From a virus (taxonomy: Duplodnaviria > Caudoviricetes), in IMG/VR virus record IMGVR_UViG_2684623061_000001, positions 1,800 through 65,799 of that record: a stretch of DNA of 64,000 nt. One strand, 5' to 3'. Position numbers and translations under genes: made by a program. This document shows positions 1 through 9,180 of this stretch, piece after piece. Positions within the stretch are counted from its first letter, which is position 1; every line of letters begins with the position of its first letter. Below the pieces are notes generated by a model, which was not told the DNA's origin, searched no databases, and worked only from the letters and a program-made list of their open reading frames with translations.

Positions 1-328
1 TATAGACCGACTGGTGGCTCGCACCGAGCAAAGGGGCGAAGGCCTCTCGCGAAAGACCGAACTTCTCACGCAACTTGCGCAAGCCACTGGGCGAGAAGCG
101 TGCCCGCGTGGTGGGTGCCGTCGGGTCGCCGTCCACTTTCCCGTTCTTGCGCGGCTCTTTGGACAGCACCTTGATACCACGCTGGAGCTGATCGATATCA
201 GCCTTGAGCGAAGTGATGGTCTTGCGCTGGGCGAGAACCTGTTTGCGAAGAGGCTCCACCTGCTGCCGGAACTCCTTTCTCGTCAATCGGACAATTTTGT
301 CTTTCAGCACAGAAGCAATGTTTGGCAT
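1..328 (-). CDS. XRE-family HTH regulator with N-terminal coiled coil (3' end runs off the window)
   Basis: Read manually from ATG at 328: MPNIASVLKDKIVRLTRKEFRQQ...RFSPSGLRKLREKFGLSREAFAPLLGASHQSVY, open to the window edge; absent from the ORF track. Confidence 0.8.
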   Translation of the reverse strand, partial: MPNIASVLKDKIVRLTRKEFRQQVEPLRKQVLAQRKTITSLKADIDQLQRGIKVLSKEPRKNGKVDGDPTAPTTRARFSPSGLRKLREKFGLSREAFAPLLGASHQSVY

Positions 329-383
329 GGAGCGTCCTCTATCTCTCAGGGTGGATCGAACGGTTCAGTGTGTGGGAACAAAG

Positions 384-812
384 TCAACGCGCTTGCAGGC
401 CGACACGCTGGAGTTGGTCCTGCCAGAGCAGTGGCGGGCTTACCACCAGCCGCGTCAACCGTATATCGGGGAGCGTATCGTCCAGGATCGCTTCGACGAT
501 CTGCGGAGCCAATAGGGTCATGTTGATCATGCGGGCGACATAGCTGTGGTCGGTGTTTTCTTTTGCCGCGATCTCCTTCATGGAGGCCACCTCGCCGGCA
601 TCTAGCATGTCCCGCCAGCGAAAGCCGCGTGCCAAGGCCTGCTGCATGGCGGTCAGCTCCGGCGAGACGCCTGGATGTCCGACGCTGGCTGGCCGCATCG
701 TCCTGCGCCCCGAACGCCGCCTCAGACGAATCGGAATCGTCACTGTGGCCGCGCCGTCGCTGGTATAGAAGGTACTGACCTCCCCGTTGGGGTGAATGAC
801 GGCGTTGGTCAT
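384..812 (-). CDS. Recombinase-associated hypothetical protein (HTH-like)
   Basis: ALARGFRWRDMLDAGEVASMKEIAAKENTDHSYVARMINMTLLAPQIVEAILD resembles proteins found beside large serine recombinases; overlaps the recombinase stop (ATGA). Confidence 0.75.
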   Translation of the reverse strand: MTNAVIHPNGEVSTFYTSDGAATVTIPIRLRRRSGRRTMRPASVGHPGVSPELTAMQQALARGFRWRDMLDAGEVASMKEIAAKENTDHSYVARMINMTLLAPQIVEAILDDTLPDIRLTRLVVSPPLLWQDQLQRVGLQAR

Positions 813-2143
813 GCGGCGTGCCTTTGCAGGTCATCCGCCAGTAGCTGGATGCCCAACGGGTGGAACCGGATTTCAAGGCGTTCGGGCGCGACGATGATCT
901 TCTCGATCAGTTGCCGGGCGATGAGTTGCTGTTCGGCCGGGAACAGCGAGTCCCATATCCGGTCCATCTGCCGCATCGCCACGGTGATCTGTGCTTCGTC
1001 CAATGCTGTGTCCTGGAACCGCGCCGCCGACAAGGTAGCTTGAATCATCTCAGGAGACTGAATAATCCGCCGGAACTGCCTCACCACCATGGACTCCAGC
1101 TCATTGGCAGGCAGGCGCGGCAAGGGCGATCGCGCGAGCTTGCCCCGGTCCATCAGCTCCTTGCTCAGGTAATAGCGATAGAGCTGTCCGTTGCGCTTGG
1201 TGGTATGCCACGGAGTCAGGGCTGCGCCGTCCGAGTCGAACAGCAGGCCTTTCAGCAGAAAGGCTACGTTGGCCCGCGAGTGGTTGGTGCGCGCATGGGC
1301 GTTGACCGCGAGTATCTCGCGCGTTTTCTCCCACAGCGCAGCATCGATGATGGGTGGGTGGGTGTTCTCGAATTCTGTGTCCTTGTGCTTCAAGTGGCCG
1401 AGGTAGGTTCGATTGTGGAGAATCTTGTGGATCGCGCCTTTGTCGAGCACCTTGCCCGGCGTGTGCCGGCCTGCGGCGCTGGTCCACGCCTTGTTGCGGT
1501 GCTCGGCGTGCGTCGCAAGCTCCGCCACCTTCTGCATCGAGCGTTCCTGTGCAAAGCTTTGGAATACCCAGCGAACCACTTCGGCTTCCGGTCCGTTGAT
1601 CGCGAGTCGCCTTTCCTTGACGTCGTATCCGAGCGGTGGAACGCCATGCATCCACAGCCCCTTCTTCTTGCTGGCCAAGAACTTGTCGCGGATGCGCTCG
1701 GCAGTCAGCTCCCGCTCGAACTGGGCGAAGGTCAGCATGATGTTAAGCACCATGCGACCCATGGCATCGGTGGTGTTGAAGTGCTGGGTCACCGCGACAA
1801 ACGTCACGTTGTGTTCTTCGAGGATCTTGAACAGCTCAGCGAAGTCGAACAGCGACCGGGTGAGGCGGTCAATCTTATAGGTGACGACGATGTCGATCTT
1901 GCCGGCGCGAATATCGTCCAGCAGACGCTTGAGGGCTGGGCGTTCCAAATTGCCACCGGAGTACCCTCCGTCGTCATAGTAGTCGCCGACCGGAATCCAG
2001 CCTTCAGAGCGCCGGCTGGCGATGTACGCTTCGCCGGAATCGCGTTGGGCGTCGATGGAGGTGTAGGCCTGCCCAAGCCCTTCCTCGGTGGAGACGCGGG
2101 TGTATACGGCACACCGCTGCCGCTTGGGCGGGAGGGTGTTCAT
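809..2143 (-). CDS. Large serine recombinase (integrase)
   Basis: AVYTRVST catalytic motif, DDGGYSGGNLERPAL, YKIDRLTRS, FAQFERE, PLGY, HPPIID; ATG at 2143 overlaps the upstream stop. Confidence 0.95.
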   Translation of the reverse strand: MNTLPPKRQRCAVYTRVSTEEGLGQAYTSIDAQRDSGEAYIASRRSEGWIPVGDYYDDGGYSGGNLERPALKRLLDDIRAGKIDIVVTYKIDRLTRSLFDFAELFKILEEHNVTFVAVTQHFNTTDAMGRMVLNIMLTFAQFERELTAERIRDKFLASKKKGLWMHGVPPLGYDVKERRLAINGPEAEVVRWVFQSFAQERSMQKVAELATHAEHRNKAWTSAAGRHTPGKVLDKGAIHKILHNRTYLGHLKHKDTEFENTHPPIIDAALWEKTREILAVNAHARTNHSRANVAFLLKGLLFDSDGAALTPWHTTKRNGQLYRYYLSKELMDRGKLARSPLPRLPANELESMVVRQFRRIIQSPEMIQATLSAARFQDTALDEAQITVAMRQMDRIWDSLFPAEQQLIARQLIEKIIVAPERLEIRFHPLGIQLLADDLQRHAA

Positions 2144-2529
2144 GCCGCGAGCAGCACCAGCCGTGCCGGCGTTGTTTTGCACTCGATCACCAAGGTATCG
2201 TGCTGATAGAAGAATCGCAGCAACTGCCCCATGTCGGCATCGGTCGTCGCCAGTCGTCCCCAGTCGCACACGGCGATGACGTCGATCTTTCGCGCTGCCA
2301 CATCGAGCAACAGTCGCTGGAAGTCCGGCCGGATCTGCGTGTTCGCGCAGTAGCCGTTGTCGATGTAGGTGCTGAGCACTGGCGGCACGTCGGCGCAGCG
2401 CCGCAGGGTATCGGTGATCACGGTCTTCTGGTAGCCAATGAAATCGGTGTCGGCCCACAGCGTCTGGCAGTACATCGCGATGCGCAGCGGCTCACGCGGA
2501 TCGGTCGGCGGGATGATGAACGGGTCCAT
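2140..2529 (-). CDS. Stand-alone resolvase N-terminal domain lacking the catalytic serine
   Basis: YIDNGY..RPDFQRLL..KIDVIAV..GRL retained; YxRVS replaced by YCQTL. Confidence 0.75.
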   Translation of the reverse strand: MDPFIIPPTDPREPLRIAMYCQTLWADTDFIGYQKTVITDTLRRCADVPPVLSTYIDNGYCANTQIRPDFQRLLLDVAARKIDVIAVCDWGRLATTDADMGQLLRFFYQHDTLVIECKTTPARLVLLAA

Positions 2530-2996
2530 TAGGGTTTGTCCTTGGTTGAGGGATTGCGAAGTCCGAAGAAGGCCGGGCCGGACCAGCGGGTGCCGGTGAT
2601 CTCGCGGGCGATGACAGACAGGCTCCGGTACTGCCTACCGCAGTACTCAAAGCAGCGTTCGTCCAGCACGCGAACGGAGTGCAAAGCGCCGTGGTAATTC
2701 CGGGTGAGCACTGTGCCGGTGCGCAGCGCTCCATTCTTCTTGGGTTGGAGGGCGCCGGTTTCGAGTAGATGCCGAATCCGTCGCTCGTTGGATCGAAGCA
2801 GGTCTGAGTGGCTCTCTTGGGCTGCCAGCTCTTGCAGTCGATGGGTTAGCCGGCGCTCGACGTACTTGCGATTGTTGATGCCGGGTTCGCGCCCAAACAG
2901 CTCTTTCCACATCGCTTTGAGTTCGCTCCAGCCCAGACTCTGCAGCGCGGCGATCCTAGGACTGACCTTGCTGGGTGGTGCGGTGGATCGTTTCAC
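2529..2996 (-). CDS. DUF2924 domain protein
   Basis: ELKAMWKELFGREP...GTVLTRNYHG...FEYCGRQYRSLSVIAREITGTRWSGPAFFGL. Confidence 0.9.
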   Translation of the reverse strand: MKRSTAPPSKVSPRIAALQSLGWSELKAMWKELFGREPGINNRKYVERRLTHRLQELAAQESHSDLLRSNERRIRHLLETGALQPKKNGALRTGTVLTRNYHGALHSVRVLDERCFEYCGRQYRSLSVIAREITGTRWSGPAFFGLRNPSTKDKP

Positions 2997-3187
2997 GTCT
3001 CTCTCCGTTGGGGTTTGAAGGTGCGGACATACACCCTCGGTTCGGAGACGTTTGCAAGTCCACGGGTTTCTCCAGCCGATGCATCGATATCGGCGCGCAA
3101 TCGAACGACCGCGAGCGCCAACAAGTTCGCTACTGCATCGAGTCGGGCGTGGGCTTCAGCCTGCTTAGGGTCTTCATTCATGGTCAT
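2993..3187 (-). CDS. Small hypothetical protein
   Basis: MTMNEDPKQAEAHARLDAVANLLALAVVRLR; overlaps both neighbours; start could be 3181. Confidence 0.55.
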   Translation of the reverse strand: MTMNEDPKQAEAHARLDAVANLLALAVVRLRADIDASAGETRGLANVSEPRVYVRTFKPQRRET

Positions 3188-4106
3188 CAGGGGATGGGGC
3201 ATTGGACGTGCTCGGCGGACCGGCACGCGAGGGCGGCAAGGCTTCCTTTCTGATCCAGACATCGCCCTTCGCCGTATCGATGAAGCGACGCAGTTCAGAG
3301 GGGAGGGCCTGCCACAGCGAGGTGTACTGACCGCCGTAGCGCGCTTGGCGCAGGAGCGGTTTCCATTTGACGGATTGATGCCCCGCTTCGTGTGCCGCCG
3401 CGAGCAGACCGACGACCTCCTTCTGACTGCGCCGGAGCACGATGGCTTCATCGCCAATCGCCAGCCGGCCGCTCGCGGGGTCGTGATCGAACCAGACCGG
3501 GTAGGGCGCGGTGATGGCATCGCCCAGGCGCCGGAAATCCAGCCAGAGCCCTTCGGTTTCCATGCGCGCGACTTCGTCGAGGGCCAGGATCGTACGATGG
3601 GTGTCGGCGAGTTGGGTGTTGATCAGCGGCGAGGAGGTCAGCACGATTTGGCGGCCAACCGAGTCGAGCTGCAGGCACGAGAGGATCGGCGCAAAGTCGA
3701 TGTACCAGCCGGCGCGCAGCAGATAGACCGGCACATCGCCCGCGGCGGTGTTGAGGCTCGCCAGGCGCCACAGTCGGTTTTCGATCAGCATGTCCGGCGC
3801 CGCATTCGGCCCCGCAAGCCGGCGCGCCAGCAACGCCGGCAACCAGTCGAGCTGGACCTGCGTGGACATGTACTCGGACGTCATCTCAACCTCGGCCGCG
3901 CAGACCACGCATTTCACGTCGCGCTCTTGATACGAGTGCAACTGGAGGGCGAACTGATGGCCGCCCCGCGCGCAATGGATTCGCCGGGTGCGTCGGGTCT
4001 TCGCCAACGCTCCCAGCGTGACGAAATCGCTCATGGCGTCGCCGTCGTAGGGCAATAGGGCATCTGCCGGTTCGGATTCGAACCAGTTCAAGTATCGGTA
4101 CAGCAC
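3174..4106 (-). CDS. Hypothetical protein with Cys cluster and probable C-terminal winged HTH
   Basis: 310-aa ORF with GAAGGA RBS; CxxC motif; C-terminal LRRSQKEVVGLLAAAH segment. Confidence 0.65.
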   Translation of the reverse strand: MLYRYLNWFESEPADALLPYDGDAMSDFVTLGALAKTRRTRRIHCARGGHQFALQLHSYQERDVKCVVCAAEVEMTSEYMSTQVQLDWLPALLARRLAGPNAAPDMLIENRLWRLASLNTAAGDVPVYLLRAGWYIDFAPILSCLQLDSVGRQIVLTSSPLINTQLADTHRTILALDEVARMETEGLWLDFRRLGDAITAPYPVWFDHDPASGRLAIGDEAIVLRRSQKEVVGLLAAAHEAGHQSVKWKPLLRQARYGGQYTSLWQALPSELRRFIDTAKGDVWIRKEALPPSRAGPPSTSNAPSPDDHE

Positions 4107-4556
4107 GATGTGTCCTTCGAAATCGTAGGCAATAGCTGCCCGTCAGGCCTAAGCGGCCTAGGTACAGGTGCAGCCGATGAAGCGACTCAGCGGATCAGGG
4201 AATCAGCGAATCGTTAGATTCGGAATCAGATCAGGTATCTGTCCGCCGCCATGGGCGGCAAGTTCGAGTTTGCTCCGCAGTACAGGAGCAACGAGAGAGT
4301 GAGAAGGTTGAGCTGAGTCCGTGAACGTCGCCGCCGTGGCAGTTTGAAACAATCCGTTGTGCATAAGTTTGGCCTTTGGAGAGAGCCACTTTTAGTTGGT
4401 TCTGTCTTGCTGAATAGCAGCCTATCCTGTCGCCGAAGCTGTGCGCAATATCACTTGCGCATCCGTTGACACGTGATCCGCGTTCCGGTCGATTGTGTTC
4501 ATGCTTCGTTTGGATTGAGGGCGGTCACGAGCGAATTCAGTGAGCAATCGGCGTCG

Positions 4557-4661
4557 GTTCCTCACTCGAATGCGCGAATCTCTGTCAGAGAGGAATCGAC
4601 CCTCGATTCCTCATGCATTCCTCACTGATTCCTAGCTCGTTCCCCCCTTACATTCCTCACT
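4557..4661 (+). repeat. 11-bp-periodic (A/G)TTCCTCAC direct repeats plus an inverted copy in the divergent control region
   Basis: ATTCC/GTTCC units at 4557, 4606, 4617, 4628, 4639, 4652; IR GAGGAATCGA/TCGATTCCTC at 4590-4612. Confidence 0.65.
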
Positions 4662-4716
4662 GCGCTTGACCGACGCTTCTTGCACGGCAGAACACGCCGC
4701 ATACAAGGAGCAGAAC

Positions 4717-4923
4717 ATGAGCAGTGGTTTCTACTCGCCCGAGGAGTTGTCGGCGCATTGGCGCGTTCCGGCGAAGACCTTGGAGCGCTGGCGCACCGAA
4801 GGCATCGGGCCGCGCTTTTGCAAGATCGCCGGTCACGTGCGCTATCGGCACGACGACGTTGAGCAGTTCGAGACCGCCTCGATGCGGTCGTCCACGACGA
4901 CTCCGGCGCAGGTGTCTGCATGA
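4717..4923 (+). CDS. AlpA/excisionase-like HTH protein
   Basis: YSPEELSAHWRVPAKTLERWRTEGIGPRFCKIAGHVRYRHDDVEQFE; AAGGAG RBS. Confidence 0.9.
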   Translation: MSSGFYSPEELSAHWRVPAKTLERWRTEGIGPRFCKIAGHVRYRHDDVEQFETASMRSSTTTPAQVSA

Positions 4924-5390
4924 CGCTGCTGGAACAATGCATCGGGCGCCCCGCATCGGAGCTGGCCGAGTTCGCGCCCGAGCAGTTGCTCGACCTGAAG
5001 CAGCAGGTGGTCGACGCGCTCGCGACCGCAAAGGCGAACGCCGACTGGATCGATCGCGCGCTCGAGTTGCGCTATAGCCGCATCGCGGCTCAGGCACGCC
5101 TGGCCGCCGGCAAGGACGCCGGCACGGTGAGCTTTGCCGATGGCGACGTCCGTGTCAGCGTCGAGCTGCCCAAGAAGATCGAGTGGGATCAGACCCGGCT
5201 CGCGCAGATCGTCCAGCGCATCCGCGCCGCGGGCGAAGACCCCGGTGAGTTCGTCGAGATCAGCTACCGCATCAGCGAGAGCAAATACAGCGGCTGGCCG
5301 GTGTCGATGCGCGCGAACTTCGACGCGGCACGCACGCTCAAGACCGGCAAGCCCACGTTCCGCCTCTCTACAACGGACGGTGAACTGTGA
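4920..5390 (+). CDS. Conserved phage protein (recombination module)
   Basis: 156-aa ORF coupled to the previous gene; GKDAGTV..LPKKIEWDQ..ARTLKTGKPTFRL. Confidence 0.75.
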   Translation: MTLLEQCIGRPASELAEFAPEQLLDLKQQVVDALATAKANADWIDRALELRYSRIAAQARLAAGKDAGTVSFADGDVRVSVELPKKIEWDQTRLAQIVQRIRAAGEDPGEFVEISYRISESKYSGWPVSMRANFDAARTLKTGKPTFRLSTTDGEL

Positions 5391-5424
5391 CCACACTCGC
5401 AATTTTGAGTGGGGGTTGCCGCTG

Positions 5425-6252
5425 ATGGTCCTGCCTATCGTGACCGCCGAGCAGCGCTTGGCCGAAGTCCGTGGCGTCAAGGGTGTGCTGATCGGACGCT
5501 GGGGTCTGGGCAAGACCTTTCAGCTATGGAGCCTCGACCCGGCGACGACCTTGTTCGTGGACATCGAGGCCGGCGACCTGGCGGTCAAGGACTGGCCGGG
5601 CGACAGCTTGCGCCCGCGCACCTGGGAGGACTGCCGCGACTTGGCCGTTTTTCTGGGCGGCCCGAACCCGGCCTTGCGCGATGGCCAGCCGTTCAGCCCT
5701 TGGCACTACGAGCAGGCGTGTGCGCGCTACGGCGATCCCGCCGTGCTTGATCGCTACCGCACGCTCTTCATCGACTCGATCACCGTCGCCGGTCGGTTGT
5801 GCCTGCAGTGGTGCAAGGGGCAGCCGCAAGCGTTCTCGGAAAAGACCGGCAAGCCGGACACGCGCGGTGCCTATGGGCTGATGGGGCAGGAGATGGTCGG
5901 CTGGCTGACCCACATCCAGCACACCCGCGGAAAGCACATTTGGTTCGTCGGCATCCTCGACGAGCGGATCGACGACTTCAATAAGAAGATCTACGAGCTG
6001 CAGATCGACGGCTCCAAGACCGGACTGGAGTTGCCCGGCATCGTGGACGAGGTGATCACGCTCGCGCAGATCACGTCCGGTGACGGCCCGCCGTACCGCG
6101 CCTTCGTCTGCCACACCGCCAATCCGTGGGGATTCCCCGCCAAGGACCGGTCCGGCCGACTCGATCAGATCGAGCCCCCGAACCTGGGCCAACTCATGCG
6201 CAAGCTCGGCGCGCCCGAAGCGGCGGCGCCCAACGACACCCCTCTTCACTGA
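5425..6252 (+). CDS. AAA ATPase, Sak4/AAA_24-like
   Basis: Walker A GRWGLGKT, Walker B-like FIDSIT, C-terminal AKDRSG. Confidence 0.85.
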   Translation: MVLPIVTAEQRLAEVRGVKGVLIGRWGLGKTFQLWSLDPATTLFVDIEAGDLAVKDWPGDSLRPRTWEDCRDLAVFLGGPNPALRDGQPFSPWHYEQACARYGDPAVLDRYRTLFIDSITVAGRLCLQWCKGQPQAFSEKTGKPDTRGAYGLMGQEMVGWLTHIQHTRGKHIWFVGILDERIDDFNKKIYELQIDGSKTGLELPGIVDEVITLAQITSGDGPPYRAFVCHTANPWGFPAKDRSGRLDQIEPPNLGQLMRKLGAPEAAAPNDTPLH

Positions 6253-6267
6253 TTCGCAGGAACCCCC

Positions 6268-6876
6268 ATGACGGCTTGGAACAATTTCAACGACGCGGAT
6301 AGCCCGTCGTTCGCACTCATCCCCAAAGGCACGCTGGTCAAAGTCCGCATGACCATCAAGCCGGGCGGCTACAACGACGTTAATCAAGGCTGGCTGCATG
6401 GCTGGGCCACGCGTGGCGACAGCGGCGCGGTCTATCTCAACGGCGAGTTCGTCGTGCTCGAAGGCCAGTACGCGCGGCGAAAGCTGTGGTCGTTGATCGG
6501 CCTGCACAGCGACAAGGGCCCGACCTGGGGCCAGATGGGCCGCAGCTTCATCAAGGGCGCGCTGAACTCGGCGTTCGGCCTGCATCCCGACGACGTGAGC
6601 GCCGCCGCGCAAGCCGGTCGCTGCATCGAAAGCTTCGCCGATCTCGATGGCTTGGTCTTCGCCGGCAAGGTCGACTGGGAGCGAGACCAGCATAACGAAG
6701 ACAAGGCGGTCATCAAGACCCCGATCATGCCCGACCACCCCGGCTACAAGGAGGTCATGGGGGTGGTGCCCGAGCCGGGCAACGGTCAGGCCGGGGCGTC
6801 CGTGCCCGCGCACGTCGCACACGCAGCTCAAGCCGCGGCGTCGCCGGTGGCCGGTCGCCCCGTCTGGGCGCAGTGA
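6268..6876 (+). CDS. Putative phage ssDNA-binding protein (DUF669-like)
   Basis: Follows the Sak4-like gene; LIPKGT..EFVVLEGQYARRKLW, low-complexity tail ending PVWAQ. Confidence 0.65.
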   Translation: MTAWNNFNDADSPSFALIPKGTLVKVRMTIKPGGYNDVNQGWLHGWATRGDSGAVYLNGEFVVLEGQYARRKLWSLIGLHSDKGPTWGQMGRSFIKGALNSAFGLHPDDVSAAAQAGRCIESFADLDGLVFAGKVDWERDQHNEDKAVIKTPIMPDHPGYKEVMGVVPEPGNGQAGASVPAHVAHAAQAAASPVAGRPVWAQ

Positions 6877-6889
6877 GGCGCGACGAGCC

Positions 6890-7084
6890 ATGAAGCGTAC
6901 CCGGCTCGAAGATCGATACCCCAACCGCGAAGGCATCTATACGGATCTGCGGAAACTCGGACGGAGCGAACTGGAAGTGCAGATCCAACACCTGCTGCGA
7001 TCGGCTCAGCAACTTCACGAGCACGCGAAGGCGTTGATGGACTACCGCGACCAAATGGTTGAGCGGTCCAGACAGGGTCGATGA
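6890..7084 (+). CDS. Small hypothetical protein
   Basis: 64-aa ORF filling the gap, GAGG RBS, ATGA overlap with the next gene. Confidence 0.55.
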   Translation: MKRTRLEDRYPNREGIYTDLRKLGRSELEVQIQHLLRSAQQLHEHAKALMDYRDQMVERSRQGR

Positions 7085-7509
7085 CGTGCTGCTGGGCGTG
7101 CGGAAAACCTGCACGCGGCTTCGGCCACCTGAACCTGCGCCGCCGGATCGGTGATCCGCGGCGCGCGCCCTACCGATGGGCGTTCTGTTCGACAACCTGC
7201 CAGAACGCCTTCCACCAACTCTACGACACCCGACGCCGGAGCGATCCGGCGTCGATAGAGGAGCTTTTGCCTATGACCCACCCACTGACCCAGGACGCAC
7301 AGCGTTCTTGCCTGCGAGCGCTGGCATCGGTCGCCGACCGCATCGGCTTCGACACCCCCCTTGGCCACTACAACCAGGCGCAAGCCACCGAAGTGATTGA
7401 GGCCATCACCCAAGCCTACGAAGCGTCGGTTCGAGGTCAGTCCAATCCGGTCGGCTATCGGCTTGCGCCGCCGTTCGACGGCTTCGAGAACGACACGATT
7501 CCTTTCTGA
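7081..7509 (+). CDS. DUF6511-like zinc-binding phage protein
   Basis: CWACGKPARGFGH...WAFCSTTCQNAFH; ends DTIPF. Confidence 0.7.
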   Translation: MTCCWACGKPARGFGHLNLRRRIGDPRRAPYRWAFCSTTCQNAFHQLYDTRRRSDPASIEELLPMTHPLTQDAQRSCLRALASVADRIGFDTPLGHYNQAQATEVIEAITQAYEASVRGQSNPVGYRLAPPFDGFENDTIPF

Positions 7510-7519
7510 CCATCGACCA

Positions 7520-8269
7520 ATGCTCGATTTCAACACCCACGATCTGTCCGAACTTGTCGGCACGCTGATCGACGCGGCCATGGAGCGCGAAGCGGCGTTG
7601 CTGCCGCCGCGCGCGTATCTGGGCGCATCCAGCTTGGGCGAAGACTGCGCGCGCCGACTGCAGTTCCAATACTTCAACGCACCCAAGGACATCGGCCGCC
7701 ATGTTCCCGGTCGGGTACTCCGTGTATTCGCACGCGGCCATCGCGTCGAGGACTGGATGGCCGACTGGTTGCGTCAAGCCGGCTTCGACCTGCGCACGCG
7801 CAACGAGCGAGGTGAGCAGTTCGGCTTCTCCACCGCGAATGGTCGCGTTCGTGGTCACGTGGATGGTGTGATTGTCGCCGGTCCGGACACCTTCCGCTAT
7901 CCGATGCTTTGGGAAACCAAGGCGGTCGGCACCAAGACGTATCGTGAGTTGCAGAAGAAGAAACTCGCCACCAGCCGCCCGGTTTACGCCACGCAGGTCG
8001 CGCTGTACCAGGCCTACCTCGGCCTGCACGAACACCCCGCGTTGTTCACTGCGATCTGCACCGACGACATGGAAATCTACGCCGAGCGCGTGCCGTTCGA
8101 CCGCGGCTTGGCGCAACGCGCGTCTGATCGCGCCGTCCAGATCCTGCGCGCCTGCGACGCCGCCGATCTGCTGCCCCGCATCTCCACCACACCGACCCAC
8201 CAGACCTGTCGGCAATGCCCCTGGCAGGACCGTTGTTGGTCCCTGCCTTCCCCCACCACGCTCCACTGA
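7520..8269 (+). CDS. PD-(D/E)XK exonuclease (Cas4-like phage nuclease)
   Basis: YLGASSLGEDC, GHVDG, WETK, QVALYQ, C-terminal CRQCPWQDRC. Confidence 0.85.
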   Translation: MLDFNTHDLSELVGTLIDAAMEREAALLPPRAYLGASSLGEDCARRLQFQYFNAPKDIGRHVPGRVLRVFARGHRVEDWMADWLRQAGFDLRTRNERGEQFGFSTANGRVRGHVDGVIVAGPDTFRYPMLWETKAVGTKTYRELQKKKLATSRPVYATQVALYQAYLGLHEHPALFTAICTDDMEIYAERVPFDRGLAQRASDRAVQILRACDAADLLPRISTTPTHQTCRQCPWQDRCWSLPSPTTLH

Positions 8270-8283
8270 GCTAGAGACCCCCT

Positions 8284-9180
8284 ATGAGCACCCTCGCTGA
8301 ACTGTTCGGACTTGACGCAAACGCCAGTGCCGACGACCTGCAACACGCCGCGCTGATGCTGCCGGAGATCCGGGACTACCACGCCGTGCCGGTGTCGGTG
8401 ACCCCCGAGATTGCCGGCCATTGGCTGCGGCGCAATGACACCAACCGCCCGGTTCGCAAGAAAGCCGTGACCCAGTACGTCAACGACCTGAAGAACGGTC
8501 GCTGGCAACAGAACGGAGAGACCGTGAAATTCGGCCGCTCCGGGCGCCTGCTCGATGGACAGCACCGGATCGCCGCCATCGCCGCCGCCGGTGTCGCCCA
8601 ACCGATGCTCATCGTCACCGGCGTGGCCGATGGTGCGTTCGACACGATCGATACCGGCCGTCGCCGCACCAGCACCGATGTGCTGATCATCGAAGGCATC
8701 GGCGTGTTTGAAGCCAGAATTGCCGCGGCGGCGCTTCCGATGATCATGAACTATCGCAGCGGCCTGCTGCCGCATAGCTCCATGCGCTACCCCAATCACG
8801 AGTTGCTGGATTGCTGGGCGAGCCTGCCCCAGGTCCGAGCCAGCAGCCAGTTCGTGACCAAGCTGCCGCACCGGATGGTGCCGATCAGCCAGTCGAAGAC
8901 CCTGTTCCTGCATTGGGCCTTCGCGCGTCACGATGTGGCCGCCGCCGACCAGTTCATCGAGGGCCTGTTCGTGGGCGACCGGCTCGATCGGACGGGGGCG
9001 GTGTTCCATCTGAGAGAGCGCCTGCTGCTGGATCGCGTGGAACGACGCAAGGCCGACGACGGCGCCCAACTGCATGCCTGCATCAAAGCCTGGAACGCCG
9101 AGCGTGCCCATAGGCGCGTGCGCGGCTGGCGGGCGCTGTTCCCTTCGTCGGACGAAGCCTTCCCGGAGGTGTCGGCGTGA
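8284..9180 (+). CDS. ParB/Srx-like domain protein
   Basis: VTPEIAGHWL..NRPV..GRLLDGQHRIAA. Confidence 0.7.
   Translation: MSTLAELFGLDANASADDLQHAALMLPEIRDYHAVPVSVTPEIAGHWLRRNDTNRPVRKKAVTQYVNDLKNGRWQQNGETVKFGRSGRLLDGQHRIAAIAAAGVAQPMLIVTGVADGAFDTIDTGRRRTSTDVLIIEGIGVFEARIAAAALPMIMNYRSGLLPHSSMRYPNHELLDCWASLPQVRASSQFVTKLPHRMVPISQSKTLFLHWAFARHDVAAADQFIEGLFVGDRLDRTGAVFHLRERLLLDRVERRKADDGAQLHACIKAWNAERAHRRVRGWRALFPSSDEAFPEVSA

Noticed and set aside
4204-4364. 53-aa minus-strand ORF MHNGLFQTATAATF...
   Set aside because: No recognisable motif or clear RBS; cannot be supported
7520-8269. Cas4-like nuclease as evidence of CRISPR-Cas
   Set aside because: It sits in a phage Sak4/SSB recombination module with no other cas genes
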